From Candidatus Thorarchaeota archaeon (GTDB lineage Archaea > Asgardarchaeota > Thorarchaeia > Thorarchaeales > Thorarchaeaceae): a DNA stretch of 33,292 bases. Under the pieces are notes generated by a model. It ran no database searches, was not told the origin of the DNA, and saw only the letters and a list, made by a program, of their open reading frames with translations. Shown here piece after piece: positions 11,001-17,641 of the stretch (its first letter is position 1; each line of letters opens with the position of its first letter). Made by a program: the position numbers and the translations under genes. The stretch spans positions 1 through 33,292 of the forward strand of contig JAEORO010000157.1 of NCBI GenBank assembly GCA_016840855.1. Reading direction: 5' to 3'.

Positions 11001-14000
11001 GATTGTGGTAGACAGGAATGCAACATGGTGGCACTCATTCACCACTGTCAATTTATCATCATTTGTTGATACTAGCACTAATACAACCTACCTCTACAAT
11101 GTCAGTCTTGTGTCAAGTGAATCTACCTACGGTATAACCGCTTTTAGCACAAACACTCTACAGGTCACCTGGTCTCTCGCACCTAATGAGGTTCCAGTGA
11201 ATGATTTTGGCCCAGTTCTTACGAACGCTGATGATACTGACTATCTATACGCTCGATATCGATACTATGTGATTACGACATCTGTGAGTGATCTTAATGG
11301 ATATGCGGATATTAGCTATGTTGAGTTAACACTCTACTCTGATGACCAGCTTACGCAATACTGGACTGTGCGATATACAGTTGGAACGGGCATCTTCTCA
11401 GTGGAGTCTGGTGGCACGAACATAGCCATCGGTTCAGTGTCTAACGCTGTTGGTGTTGGAGATACGCTGACCATTATCTGGTACATCAAGATCAACTGGG
11501 ACCATCCTGATGTCGTAGATTCAGATGTCAATCAGTATGTCACTGATGGGACTGCAAGTAATTCAGACTTCTATGAGAGTAACTGGAATGTCGAAACTCG
11601 TCTTGATTACTCTGTGTTTCCCGCATTGTCTGATGACCGTGGAGATATTAATACTGGAAACCTATTTGGGACTGGAGCGGTAACATACTATGGCTCTAGT
11701 ATAAGTCCTCGCTCCAATGAAACTGATGTCTGGATTGTTCATGATCTTGCGGGGACTTGGAGTGGAAACCTCCTAGCTGGTAGTTTCAACATCTCAAGCA
11801 TAAGCTCAGCAGCAACAGTCCGAATGAACACCTATACATTCAAGATTGTTGCCGAGGGTGTTGGCTCAGGTGGCACAGACCTCTACTATACAACAAGCCT
11901 TACAGACACTTTCGTCACTGATAGGATCGAGATTTATGAGGCTGGTGTAGTTGACGGTAGAATCAACATCAACTCTGACTGTGAGGTCTGGTGGAGAGCA
12001 AGGTATGAGTATAGCAGCACCGAGATACAGAGTGGGTTGGCAATTGAGCTCGTTGGATCAAAGATTCTTGTCTGGGATGCAGGTAATCTCTACTGGAGAT
12101 GGATAGAATCTTCAATCATTCCTGATTTGGTAGAATTTGAAGTTGCATCTGCAAGCGAGTCGACATATGGGCTTACTGCATGGTTCAATACAACTCCTGT
12201 ACAGCAAGTCATATGGGACTCTCTTGTCATAACAATAACTGACCCTATTGACCAGAGGATAAATGTTGGCGCAAACGCATCAGGTATTGTTGTGAGTGCA
12301 GTCTACGCCTTTGATGGTACTCCCTATGATGGGAGCTTCATTTTGAACAATACTAACTACCAATACGCAACCCCACAGATTCAGGGTTATACCGTTCTAA
12401 GTTGCTCTGGCGATACATATGACATTACAGCGATTGGAATCAATGATGAAACATATTGTATATGGGATAGAGTCTTTGTTGTTTCATTAGATGCTGATGA
12501 ACTCTATCACGACCCCAACGATGATGTGATTATAACAGTTGAGCTTCAGTATGAGTTTGATAGTTCCTCAGTTGAGGACGGTATGTTTTTGATTGCTGGT
12601 CATCCACTCACTCATATAGGCTTAGGCATCTGGGAGGCGCAAGTCACAATAGCTGACTATCAAACGATAAACTTTGACAGCTTCACAATGTGTAATGCTA
12701 CAGTTCATGGCATTAGTGCATACAACATGAACAGCAATGGAGTTGCAGTATATTGGGACCGTCTCGAATTCTATTCGGTATCAGTGGATGATGGTAGAAT
12801 CAATGTCGGATCTTCATCCAATATTCAATGGAGTGTACGATTAGAGAATGCTGGTGTTTCAATCACATCTGGTCTCACAGCAGAGATGACTGGTGGTATA
12901 ACTCTCACTCCATCAGCTGGTTTCTATACTGCTACCGTCACCGAGGGTGTGATTGGAAGTGTATCCTATGGTATTTTGACAGCGACAATAGGGGAGATAG
13001 ATCAATTCACACAAAGTGCATCTGATGCTGTTGTCATCTGGGATAGAGTATCAGTCGCATCCATTCAAGCATATCCTCTCTCCTTGGACGCTGCTACAGC
13101 AACAGAAATTCGAGTCACACTGGTCTATGAGTTCGACTCTACTGAAGTCACAGACGGTGAGGTCTATCTAAATGACAACGGTGCATCTGTAGCAATGTCC
13201 TACAATTCTGCTGGTGGTTACTGGAGTGCATCCATCACGAAAACTACTGCTGGAAACTACACCTTCATTGTTGGAACAGTTCTGGGCAATACTCACGGCA
13301 TCTCTTCTCTTAGCACAGGTGGTTTAAGTGTCGAGGTCGAATGGGTAGCTGTCCCAGGATTCACAATTGACCCCATGACACTGATGCTAATCGGTGGTGT
13401 TGGCATTGGAGTCATTGGTGCTGCAATTGTAGCGTCGCGTCGTGGAAAACGCGGAGATGCTGCCGCGGTTAGCGATGTCGAATTGGCTGATTTCGGTGTT
13501 CCGGAACCTGCTGAACCTACGATAGCAGCTGAGCCAGAAATTGTCGAATCCGAAGCTGAAGCAGTCTCTGAAGAAATAAAGGCCGAAGAAACTGAACTAA
13601 TTGAGCCAGAGGTGTCTGAAGTGCCTGAAATAGAAGCTGAATCAGTCGAGGAAGTGGTTGAGCTTGAAGAGGTTGAACTTCCTCCTGTCGATGAAGAGAT
13701 TGGAGCAGATATAGCCATAATTGAACCTGCAGCTGAAGTAGTTGAAGAAACTCCAGAAGCGGTTGAAATTGAACTTCCTGAAGCCAAAGATTTGGAAATT
13801 GAAGCTGAACCTTCTATTCCTGAAGAGCCTCTTACAGAAGTAGCACCAGAAATTGAAGAGTCAATAGACGAAGTAGAAGTCAAACCTGAGTTTCCGGAAT
13901 ATGAAAAAATCCCGGAGGAGTTCATCGAACCAGCACCTGAGGTAGATTTGACAAAACTGACAAAGAAAGAGCTCCTTGATTTGATTCCTGCAGATATTAG

Positions 14001-14088
14001 GGAATCCACATCACCCAACGAACTCAAACGACTAACAAAACAAGAACTGATCAGTCTCGTAGAATCTTTCAGAGATGTCGAGGAATAG
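2005..14088 (+). CDS. Giant (4027 aa) repetitive cell-surface glycoprotein/adhesin-like protein with signal peptide, C-terminal TM anchor and long acidic cytoplasmic tail
   Basis: Uninterrupted 12-kb ORF. N-terminal MRK plus hydrophobic signal, D/T/S/V/W-rich beta-type repeats with many N-x-S/T sequons, TM MTLMLIGGVGIGVIGAAIVAS followed by RRGKRG, then an E/P-rich tail. Confidence 0.9.
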   Translation: MRKNVLVLAFVVSLFGIGLIIPNTNFDASQSFLNKPQLFTTSGIGDNNEDYVDQLSNLHLPSDIGTHDVFNDLLAHDTNYDSLTEANQGSAGNDVLDTVDSDVTDIDSNPDIGTQGTFVNVQDLGDADYMSVQEADVGFAGINENLDCNGYDGTYSAWTFAGASPYLDAVDYTTNYIYTSGDNNNVGYFTFPSTSLTSGSATVTLYVYCMSGDGNDLASVYYNVGAGDIDTGVDVCDQTNWQYDTVNLGTLTAAQINALSIRFTSVRSPPGSEIRIDYIYINVFAAAVPDYELEFEYQFTSVDFNEVNEEVCINIQSATQGTEELEVYEWDGVSSWALLGTLNSDGWNNFTASYITSVTYYIEIRDNERTDETTQSIWNIDSIILHLWTVPTLDYELDLEVGWTAADFDEANEELCIFPVTGGGWPSEDIIVDVWNGAWTTVFADLTPDQWNNVSISSYLTGSAFEIRFLGGTETGDTTQSTWEIDAVLIHTWTPSYIPANDQAPTLDNPSDTDNMYAQYQEYQVTVYVSDQNGYADIDYLEIGLWDNTRATEYCRFRYDEDTNTFTEEYDAGTYVTLNTGSSTATESGNDIDATFYFTIDWDFPDSTDLDANCSVIDTQTESVTTWYEVNWDVETRLDYSVFPSINDGSGTADRGDLDGSFSLTGTVIYYNSVDVYPSSTAVDVWVSSTEYGSTVGPWSDLTLTSGAFDVTCYADDAVGQDTYTIKVVEEGAGSGGIDLYYTTSYTDTYIADRVQVQLYSVVDDRIDVSTSVNVDFTLYYDYDNSPVLDGTVSLNLISATDLGSGVWRITDSETTATSNTYNIVSYSGGTHGISVVDQNGLSQQVIWDEIVVQTTVADDIRVNVGDNVEIRVTLWLAYDNTFLGSGDTVTLAGQAMTWDDGNSWFDLTVSQATVGIWSYFVNSSSETTYGISALDTNSQSVGVVWDQIVVQTTVADDTRVNVGNNVEIRATLWLAYDGTFLGSGDTVTLAGLAMTWDAGNSWFDLTVSQAAVGVWIYFVNSSTETNFGITAIDTNSQSVGVVWDQIIVQTTVADDTRVNVGSNVEIRVTLWLAYDGTSLGSGDTVTLAGQAMTWDAGNSWFDLIVSQASVGQWTYFVNSSSETAFGITALDTNSQNVDVIWDQIVVQTTVADDTRVNVGDNVEIRVTLWLAYDNTFLGSGDTVTLAGQVTTWDAVNSWFDLSVSQASVGLWNYFVNSSTQTGFGITALDTNSQNVDVIWDQIVVQTTVADDTRVNVGSNVEIRVTLWLAYDSTFLGSGDTVALAGQAMTWDAVNSWFDLTVSQASVGLWNYFVNSSTQTGFGITALDTNSQNVDVIWDQIVVQTTVADDTRVNVGGNVEIRVTLWLAHDSTFLGSGDTITLAGQVMTWDSVNSWFDLIVSQASVGRWNYFVNSSAETTFGISLLDPNSQSVGVIWDRIVVQTTVVDDSRINVGANAEIRVTLWLAYDSTFLGSGDTVTLAGQAMTWDVGNSWFDLSVSQLSVGLWNYFVNSSTDSTYGITLIDTNSQSVGVVWDQIIVQTTVADDTRVNVGSNIEIRVTLWLAYDSTFLGSGDTVALAGQAMTWDAGNTWFDLTVSQASVGLWNYFVNSSSETSFGITALDTSSQSAGVVWDQIAVQTTVADDARVNIGANVEIRVTLWLAYDNTFLGSGDTVTLAGQVMTWDSTNSWFDLTVSQASVGIWNYFANSSSEATFGITLLDTNSQSVGVVWDQIVVQTTGTDDTRVDIGANAEIRVTLWLAYDNTFLGSGDTVTLAGQIMTWDAGNSWFDLTVSQMSVGLWSYYVNTSSDATYGITLLDTNSQSIDVIWDQIVVQTTTADDTRVNVGNNVEIRVTLWLAYDGAFLGLGDSVNVAGQAMTWDVGNSWFDLTVSQASVGLWSYFVNSTSETTFGITAFNINSQGVDVIWDQITVQSTVAIDNRVNVGSNVEVRVTLQLAYDNVFLGSGDTITLDGQTMIWDSVNSWFDLDVTQASVGHWNYFVNSSVEATFGISLLDTNSQSVGVVWDQIVVQTTVADDIRVNVGANAEIRVTLWLAYDNTFLGSGDTVTLAGQAMTWDAGNSWFDLTVSQASVNLWNYYVNSSSDSNYGITLLDTNSQSVGVIWDQIVVQSTIADDTRVDIGANAEIRVTLWLAYDNTFLGSGDTVTLAGQAMTWDAGNSWFDLTVSQASIGLWNYFVNSSSEATFGISLLDTNSQSVGVVWDQIVIQTTVADDARVGIGDNVEIRVTLCLAYDSTFLGSGDTVTLAGQVMTWDAGNSWFDLSVSQLSIGLWTYYVNSSAQTGFGITTLDTNSQSVNVIWDQIVITIGVDDSTPLNGIQVNFTLAIMFDYDNIACTTYQIVIQRNSTWWHSFTESNKSQFIDTNSDTSYTYTVMIVTSESTYNVLSFSTNSQQVVWSAAPNSAPVNDSAPDLANPDDTDNLYARYTYYVITSSVSDIDGYNDIEYIELTLYDNSRASPVWTVRYTVSGNIFSVESGSTYITLSASSFAVGAGNNLDVTWYIKIGWDHSDLTDVDMKQYVYDGIIGDEDFYESNWDVETRLEITGLTIDDGSGTSNRGPLDGAFTVSGTLIFLNSVDNYPLGNETDVWVSSSEYGTSTGPWSDLTLTSGQFSLTVYADDEVGQDTLTIKAVVEGGGSSGTDLLNSTAQSTYIADRIAVQSYAALDPRININDAATIDVELLYEYDSSPVMNGSVTINGIAATHQGSGTWRFSDTKSSVQSFTYNVVAYSGGIHGLNQVNQNAMTQDVIWDQIVVQTTVANDTRVDVGANVEIRVTLWLAYDSSFLGSGDTVTLAGSAMTWDFGEGRFELIVSQASVGSWTYFVNSSSESTYGITSLNLSGSNVSVIWDRIQVQSYSMSDGRVNVGESVDIDVNLYYDYDDSPVTDGTITVNGAIATHQGTGLWRFSDSEVVVVMNTYNLVVCSGNIYGLTAVDQNSQSLNVIWDQLVIVIGVDDPSSLNGHQANFTLSVTFDYDDSVCTTYQIVVDRNATWWHSFTTVNLSSFVDTSTNTTYLYNVSLVSSESTYGITAFSTNTLQVTWSLAPNEVPVNDFGPVLTNADDTDYLYARYRYYVITTSVSDLNGYADISYVELTLYSDDQLTQYWTVRYTVGTGIFSVESGGTNIAIGSVSNAVGVGDTLTIIWYIKINWDHPDVVDSDVNQYVTDGTASNSDFYESNWNVETRLDYSVFPALSDDRGDINTGNLFGTGAVTYYGSSISPRSNETDVWIVHDLAGTWSGNLLAGSFNISSISSAATVRMNTYTFKIVAEGVGSGGTDLYYTTSLTDTFVTDRIEIYEAGVVDGRININSDCEVWWRARYEYSSTEIQSGLAIELVGSKILVWDAGNLYWRWIESSIIPDLVEFEVASASESTYGLTAWFNTTPVQQVIWDSLVITITDPIDQRINVGANASGIVVSAVYAFDGTPYDGSFILNNTNYQYATPQIQGYTVLSCSGDTYDITAIGINDETYCIWDRVFVVSLDADELYHDPNDDVIITVELQYEFDSSSVEDGMFLIAGHPLTHIGLGIWEAQVTIADYQTINFDSFTMCNATVHGISAYNMNSNGVAVYWDRLEFYSVSVDDGRINVGSSSNIQWSVRLENAGVSITSGLTAEMTGGITLTPSAGFYTATVTEGVIGSVSYGILTATIGEIDQFTQSASDAVVIWDRVSVASIQAYPLSLDAATATEIRVTLVYEFDSTEVTDGEVYLNDNGASVAMSYNSAGGYWSASITKTTAGNYTFIVGTVLGNTHGISSLSTGGLSVEVEWVAVPGFTIDPMTLMLIGGVGIGVIGAAIVASRRGKRGDAAAVSDVELADFGVPEPAEPTIAAEPEIVESEAEAVSEEIKAEETELIEPEVSEVPEIEAESVEEVVELEEVELPPVDEEIGADIAIIEPAAEVVEETPEAVEIELPEAKDLEIEAEPSIPEEPLTEVAPEIEESIDEVEVKPEFPEYEKIPEEFIEPAPEVDLTKLTKKELLDLIPADIRESTSPNELKRLTKQELISLVESFRDVEE
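4546..8955 (+). repeat. 15 tandem intragenic repeats of exactly 294 nt (98 aa), probable Ig-like beta-sandwich modules
   Basis: The TGG of W-D-[QER]-I-x-x-Q recurs at 4546, 4840, 5134, 5428, 5722, 6016, 6310, 6604, 6898, 7192, 7486, 7780, 8074, 8368 and 8662; the next, different module starts at 8956. Consensus WDQIVVQTTVADDTRVNVG.NVEIRVTLWLAYD.TFLGSGDTVTLAGQAMTWD.GNSWFDL.VSQASVGLW.YFVNSS....GIT.LDTNSQ.V.V. Confidence 0.95.
10300..10593 (+). repeat. Isolated 16th copy of the 98-aa repeat
   Basis: WDQIVVQTTVANDTRVDVGANVEIRVTLWLAYDSSFLGSGDTVTLAG..., 294 nt to the next WD at 10594. Confidence 0.9.
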
Positions 14089-14099
14089 TCCAAGGCATA

Positions 14100-14123
14100 A
14101 GGAGCTCGAATGTTCGAGCTCCT
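14100..14123 (+). terminator. Perfect inverted repeat just downstream of the giant gene (putative terminator or mRNA-stabilising hairpin)
   Basis: AGGAGCTCGAA-TG-TTCGAGCTCCT, 11-nt arms, 11 nt after the TAG stop. No clear U-tract. Confidence 0.55.
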
Positions 14124-14171
14124 AAATGTTTACGAAACCTTTTCATGAGGTGTGATTAGGAATATATTACA

Positions 14172-14510
14172 ATGTCTGGTCAGACAATATCAAGTTCAAA
14201 ATGCAGTATGTGCAACAGAGTGATTGTTCCCCCTAGAGACACTTGTCCCTTCTGTGGAAAGAGTGCTGGAACAATGAAACTTTTGGAGTTGCCGCCCAAG
14301 GGAAAAATTCAGAGTTATACGACTCTCCAGATGCCTCCAGAAGGTTTCCAAAGTCCGCTTTTAATGGCCCTGGTTGAACTTGACCATGGTGCATTAATTC
14401 TGTGTCTCGCAAGTGAGTCGAATGAACAGTCTATGAACATTGGCGATGATGTTGAGATTGCGCTCGACTCAGAAAAGAGATTCTGTTTTCGCCTTATCAG
14501 TCCAGACTGA
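14172..14510 (+). CDS. DUF35-family Zn-ribbon/OB-fold protein (thiolase/aldolase partner)
   Basis: CSMC...PPR..CPFC zinc ribbon, then G-KI-SYT...PPEGF-SP...ALVELDHG OB-fold and IGDDVE. Confidence 0.9.
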   Translation: MSGQTISSSKCSMCNRVIVPPRDTCPFCGKSAGTMKLLELPPKGKIQSYTTLQMPPEGFQSPLLMALVELDHGALILCLASESNEQSMNIGDDVEIALDSEKRFCFRLISPD

Positions 14511-14568
14511 GTGCATTGGCAGCTATGTATTTTAGCAGGTATTCTTCTAGAAAAACTAGGTTTCAACG

Positions 14569-15738
14569 ATGGTTGACTATCTTTCTAATGCACTTTGGAC
14601 TGATGACGAAATCGTCTTTCGAAAAGAAGTCCAGAATTTCTGTGCCAAAGAAATTACTCCAATTGCAGATGAGCTAGACAAAGGACCCTATCCACGAGAA
14701 CTTCTTCGTAAGATTGGAAAGGCTGGATATATGGGTGTCCACCATGATAAATCAGTAGGTGGAACTGAACGAGGACTCTCCTACGAGATTATAGTAGCAG
14801 AGGAAATTTCTGCTGTTAATGGTGGTCTTGACATGGCTCGAATGGCATCTACTACTCTTTACGGTATGCCAGTAGCTCGTTTCGGTACTGCTGAACAAAA
14901 GAGAAAGTATCTGGAACCAGTGGTTGCTGGTGATAAGATTGGGTGTATAGGTATTACTGAACCCGATGTCGGTAGTGACACTGCTGGTATGAAGACCAGA
15001 GCTGAAAAAGATGGTAGCGACTGGATTCTCAATGGTGAGAAACGATTCATCACAAATGGAAGTCAAGCCGACTATATGTGTGCCTTTGCAATTACAAATC
15101 CAGCGGTGCATGCTAAGGACGGAATGTCCGCGTTTATAGTTGACACAAAAACAGATGGCTTTAGTGTTGTACAGGACCATGATCTTCTTGGAATGAAGTC
15201 TGCAAGAGTGTCTTGGTTGAAACTAGAAGATGTTCGCGTGCCAAGTGATATGATGCTAGGAAAACCCGGCCAGGGCTTTCACATTCTAATGGATGAATTA
15301 GACTCAGAAAGAACTGCCATCGCTGGAGAAGCCATTGGTTATGCAAGGACACCATATGAGATTGCAGTAAGGTATGCAAATGAGCGTCATCAATTTGGTC
15401 GACCAATCCGAGCGTTTGAAGGTATCAGTTTCAAAGTCGCTGATATGGCAATGAAACTAGAAGCTGGTCGTGCTCTCACATTGACTGCTGCGCGTATGTA
15501 TGACCGTGGAGAGAATATAACCAAACAAGCTTCTATTGCAAAACTATACACAACAGAAGCTGCAATTCAAATCACTAATGATGCATTACAGATTCTTGGT
15601 GGTATGGGGTATACCACTGATTATCCTGTTGAGCGATTCCTTCGAGATGCAAGATTAATGACAATTGGTGGTGGAACTGTAGAGATACTACGTTTCCTTA
15701 TACAAAGAGAGGTTTTCAAGGAGTTCTTCCCAGGATAG
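14569..15738 (+). CDS. Acyl-CoA dehydrogenase, isovaleryl-CoA dehydrogenase-type active-site arrangement
   Basis: ITEPDVGSD, LNGEKRFITNG, R-QFGRPI, QILGGMGY, ERFLRDAR. C-terminal IGGGT (no MCAD-type Glu), with the Glu instead in helix G (ELDSER). Confidence 0.92.
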   Translation: MVDYLSNALWTDDEIVFRKEVQNFCAKEITPIADELDKGPYPRELLRKIGKAGYMGVHHDKSVGGTERGLSYEIIVAEEISAVNGGLDMARMASTTLYGMPVARFGTAEQKRKYLEPVVAGDKIGCIGITEPDVGSDTAGMKTRAEKDGSDWILNGEKRFITNGSQADYMCAFAITNPAVHAKDGMSAFIVDTKTDGFSVVQDHDLLGMKSARVSWLKLEDVRVPSDMMLGKPGQGFHILMDELDSERTAIAGEAIGYARTPYEIAVRYANERHQFGRPIRAFEGISFKVADMAMKLEAGRALTLTAARMYDRGENITKQASIAKLYTTEAAIQITNDALQILGGMGYTTDYPVERFLRDARLMTIGGGTVEILRFLIQREVFKEFFPG

Positions 15739-15774
15739 AAAAAAAAATGATAGAAGGGAGTAGCCCTTCCATCA
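15739..15774 (-). terminator. Hairpin plus U-tract terminator for the minus-strand gene(s), between convergent genes
   Basis: Minus strand reads TGATGGAAGGG-CTACT-CCCTTCTATCA-T9. The 11-bp stem has one G.U pair that forms only on the minus strand. Confidence 0.75.
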
Positions 15775-15775
15775 A

Positions 15776-17563
15776 TTAGTTCTTTATAATGGCGATAATT
15801 CGATACATGTCACCCACTATTTGAATCGTGGCAGTGAAATTGTCACTGACATCGAGGTCGTTGAGCAGTGTGTACCAATCTGCAAGATTCATCCAGTCAC
15901 GTGCTCCCTCAATGAATGGGTACGTGACATTGTCAGTTCGTAACACAATATGAGTATCTCCATTATCAACATATGATGTCTTATTGACGACATTTGCTGT
16001 GAGGTTGAATGTCCCTGTAGGTTCAGGTTCTATAATACCTCCAAGAAGTTCCACATACGATGAACGGACTGAATATACAAGATCCTCTCCAGAAAGTGTT
16101 CCTCCAAGAGGTTTCCACACAAATCGGTCGATGTTTGAAGCATCTACCATCCCCAAAGCGTGAAGACGCATGTTTGTTGCGGTATATTCCTCGAGGTCTT
16201 CATCATAGTAGTAATCAGCCCAATAAATTGGACAATACCAAGTCCACTTTGTGAGGGTCGAATTAATCGCAACTGGATAAAGCAGGGGCATTGCTCCATA
16301 GTACATTCCACTAGCTGGGGCACCTATATCTGCAACTACATTTGCAGCAGCCGCGTCACCACTGACATAACCCTCGTTGCTAAGGTCATGATAATAGACT
16401 GCGTCCTTTGTTGCTCTGAACACACCAGCTAGTGTTCTAGTCGCTGTCACAGGATGCACTGCGATGAATGCTTCAATTCTATCAGTATCAGGGTTGATTA
16501 TATAGCGTGTGTCTTCATGTATTTCCAATCTGTCATTGGATGGAGGAATGAACCATAGAAGTCCACCTGCAAAGAGGTCGAATCCATCTCCGCGTCTATA
16601 TCCTCCCCATCTTGATATCTGGCGTTCAAGCCACTCTTCTCCATATGCTTGGGTGATCCAATCAGGAGTTTCTTCGATAGTATCATAGCTAAAAACAGAA
16701 CCGTTCTCTGCGTACACGATGGGGCCAATTGGTCTTTCAACAAAGTCGAATCCAAGTGGTGTTCTTGTCTGAACATAGACTAGCGCACCAGTGGGGTCCC
16801 AAGTCGGATACGCATACTGGTAACTCGCGGTCATATCATTGAGGTAGTTAGCAAACCGAATATCCTTATCCCAGAACAATCCCTCTCCAACAGGTATTGT
16901 TGTTTCTGAAATCAGATGCGGAGTCACTGATTGCGGATCATTCGCATCAACAACAATAAACCCTTTCACATAGTTCTCTGCTAGTACATTAGTTGATACT
17001 ATCGTACACACCCATACAAGCGTGCCATTTGGATTTGAGGTTATATGGGCAGCAGCAACATAGACATTAGATCCAAATGGCGAAATATGTTGAAGAGCTA
17101 CATATTTTGCATATTCCTCAGTAACCAATCTTACCTTGTCATCATCAATTGTATGATTGAAGAGAGGTTCATCAGTCATAATTATCATGCTATCAAAAAA
17201 CTCAGCATTTGTTACATCTGAAGTCCAACTGATGACCCCTGAGAAGATTGGCATAACAATCAGTATAATCAATCCAATACATGTAAGGGGCACTCTAATG
17301 CCTTCGAGTACTTGCTCAATATGTCTCCCACGAAATCCACTGGAAACAACTAGCAAAGCCGAGAAACTCATTATCAGGGCAATAATTGCCCAGGGAAGAG
17401 TGGAAACCAATAACAAGCATATGATGACCCATGCAACAGTCCCCCAAATAAGTCGAAATGGAAGCCATTTAATCAATTTACCAGGCCTCAGCATCTCATG
17501 ACTAAATGGGATTGGTATTGCATGAACTATTAGACTTATCAAAAGAAACACTAGTACATTCAT
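15776..17563 (-). CDS. Hypothetical membrane protein (about 4 N-terminal TMs plus a large, probably extracytoplasmic domain)
   Basis: 595-aa ORF with hydrophobic first ~110 aa and a Y/W/P-rich soluble region. GAGGT SD-like site upstream of the ATG. Confidence 0.8.
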   Translation of the reverse strand: MNVLVFLLISLIVHAIPIPFSHEMLRPGKLIKWLPFRLIWGTVAWVIICLLLVSTLPWAIIALIMSFSALLVVSSGFRGRHIEQVLEGIRVPLTCIGLIILIVMPIFSGVISWTSDVTNAEFFDSMIIMTDEPLFNHTIDDDKVRLVTEEYAKYVALQHISPFGSNVYVAAAHITSNPNGTLVWVCTIVSTNVLAENYVKGFIVVDANDPQSVTPHLISETTIPVGEGLFWDKDIRFANYLNDMTASYQYAYPTWDPTGALVYVQTRTPLGFDFVERPIGPIVYAENGSVFSYDTIEETPDWITQAYGEEWLERQISRWGGYRRGDGFDLFAGGLLWFIPPSNDRLEIHEDTRYIINPDTDRIEAFIAVHPVTATRTLAGVFRATKDAVYYHDLSNEGYVSGDAAAANVVADIGAPASGMYYGAMPLLYPVAINSTLTKWTWYCPIYWADYYYDEDLEEYTATNMRLHALGMVDASNIDRFVWKPLGGTLSGEDLVYSVRSSYVELLGGIIEPEPTGTFNLTANVVNKTSYVDNGDTHIVLRTDNVTYPFIEGARDWMNLADWYTLLNDLDVSDNFTATIQIVGDMYRIIAIIKN

Positions 17564-17641
17564 TTAGTGACCTCTCAGAAGGTGTGTGTCGCGTTTTTAT
17601 GATTAAATCCTTTTAGTGTTTTCCAGTAAACATTCACAGGT

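Noticed and set aside
13293-14093. 266-aa Ser-rich ORF on the minus strand
   Set aside because: Antisense shadow of the GAA-rich acidic tail of the giant gene; low complexity, no independent signals.
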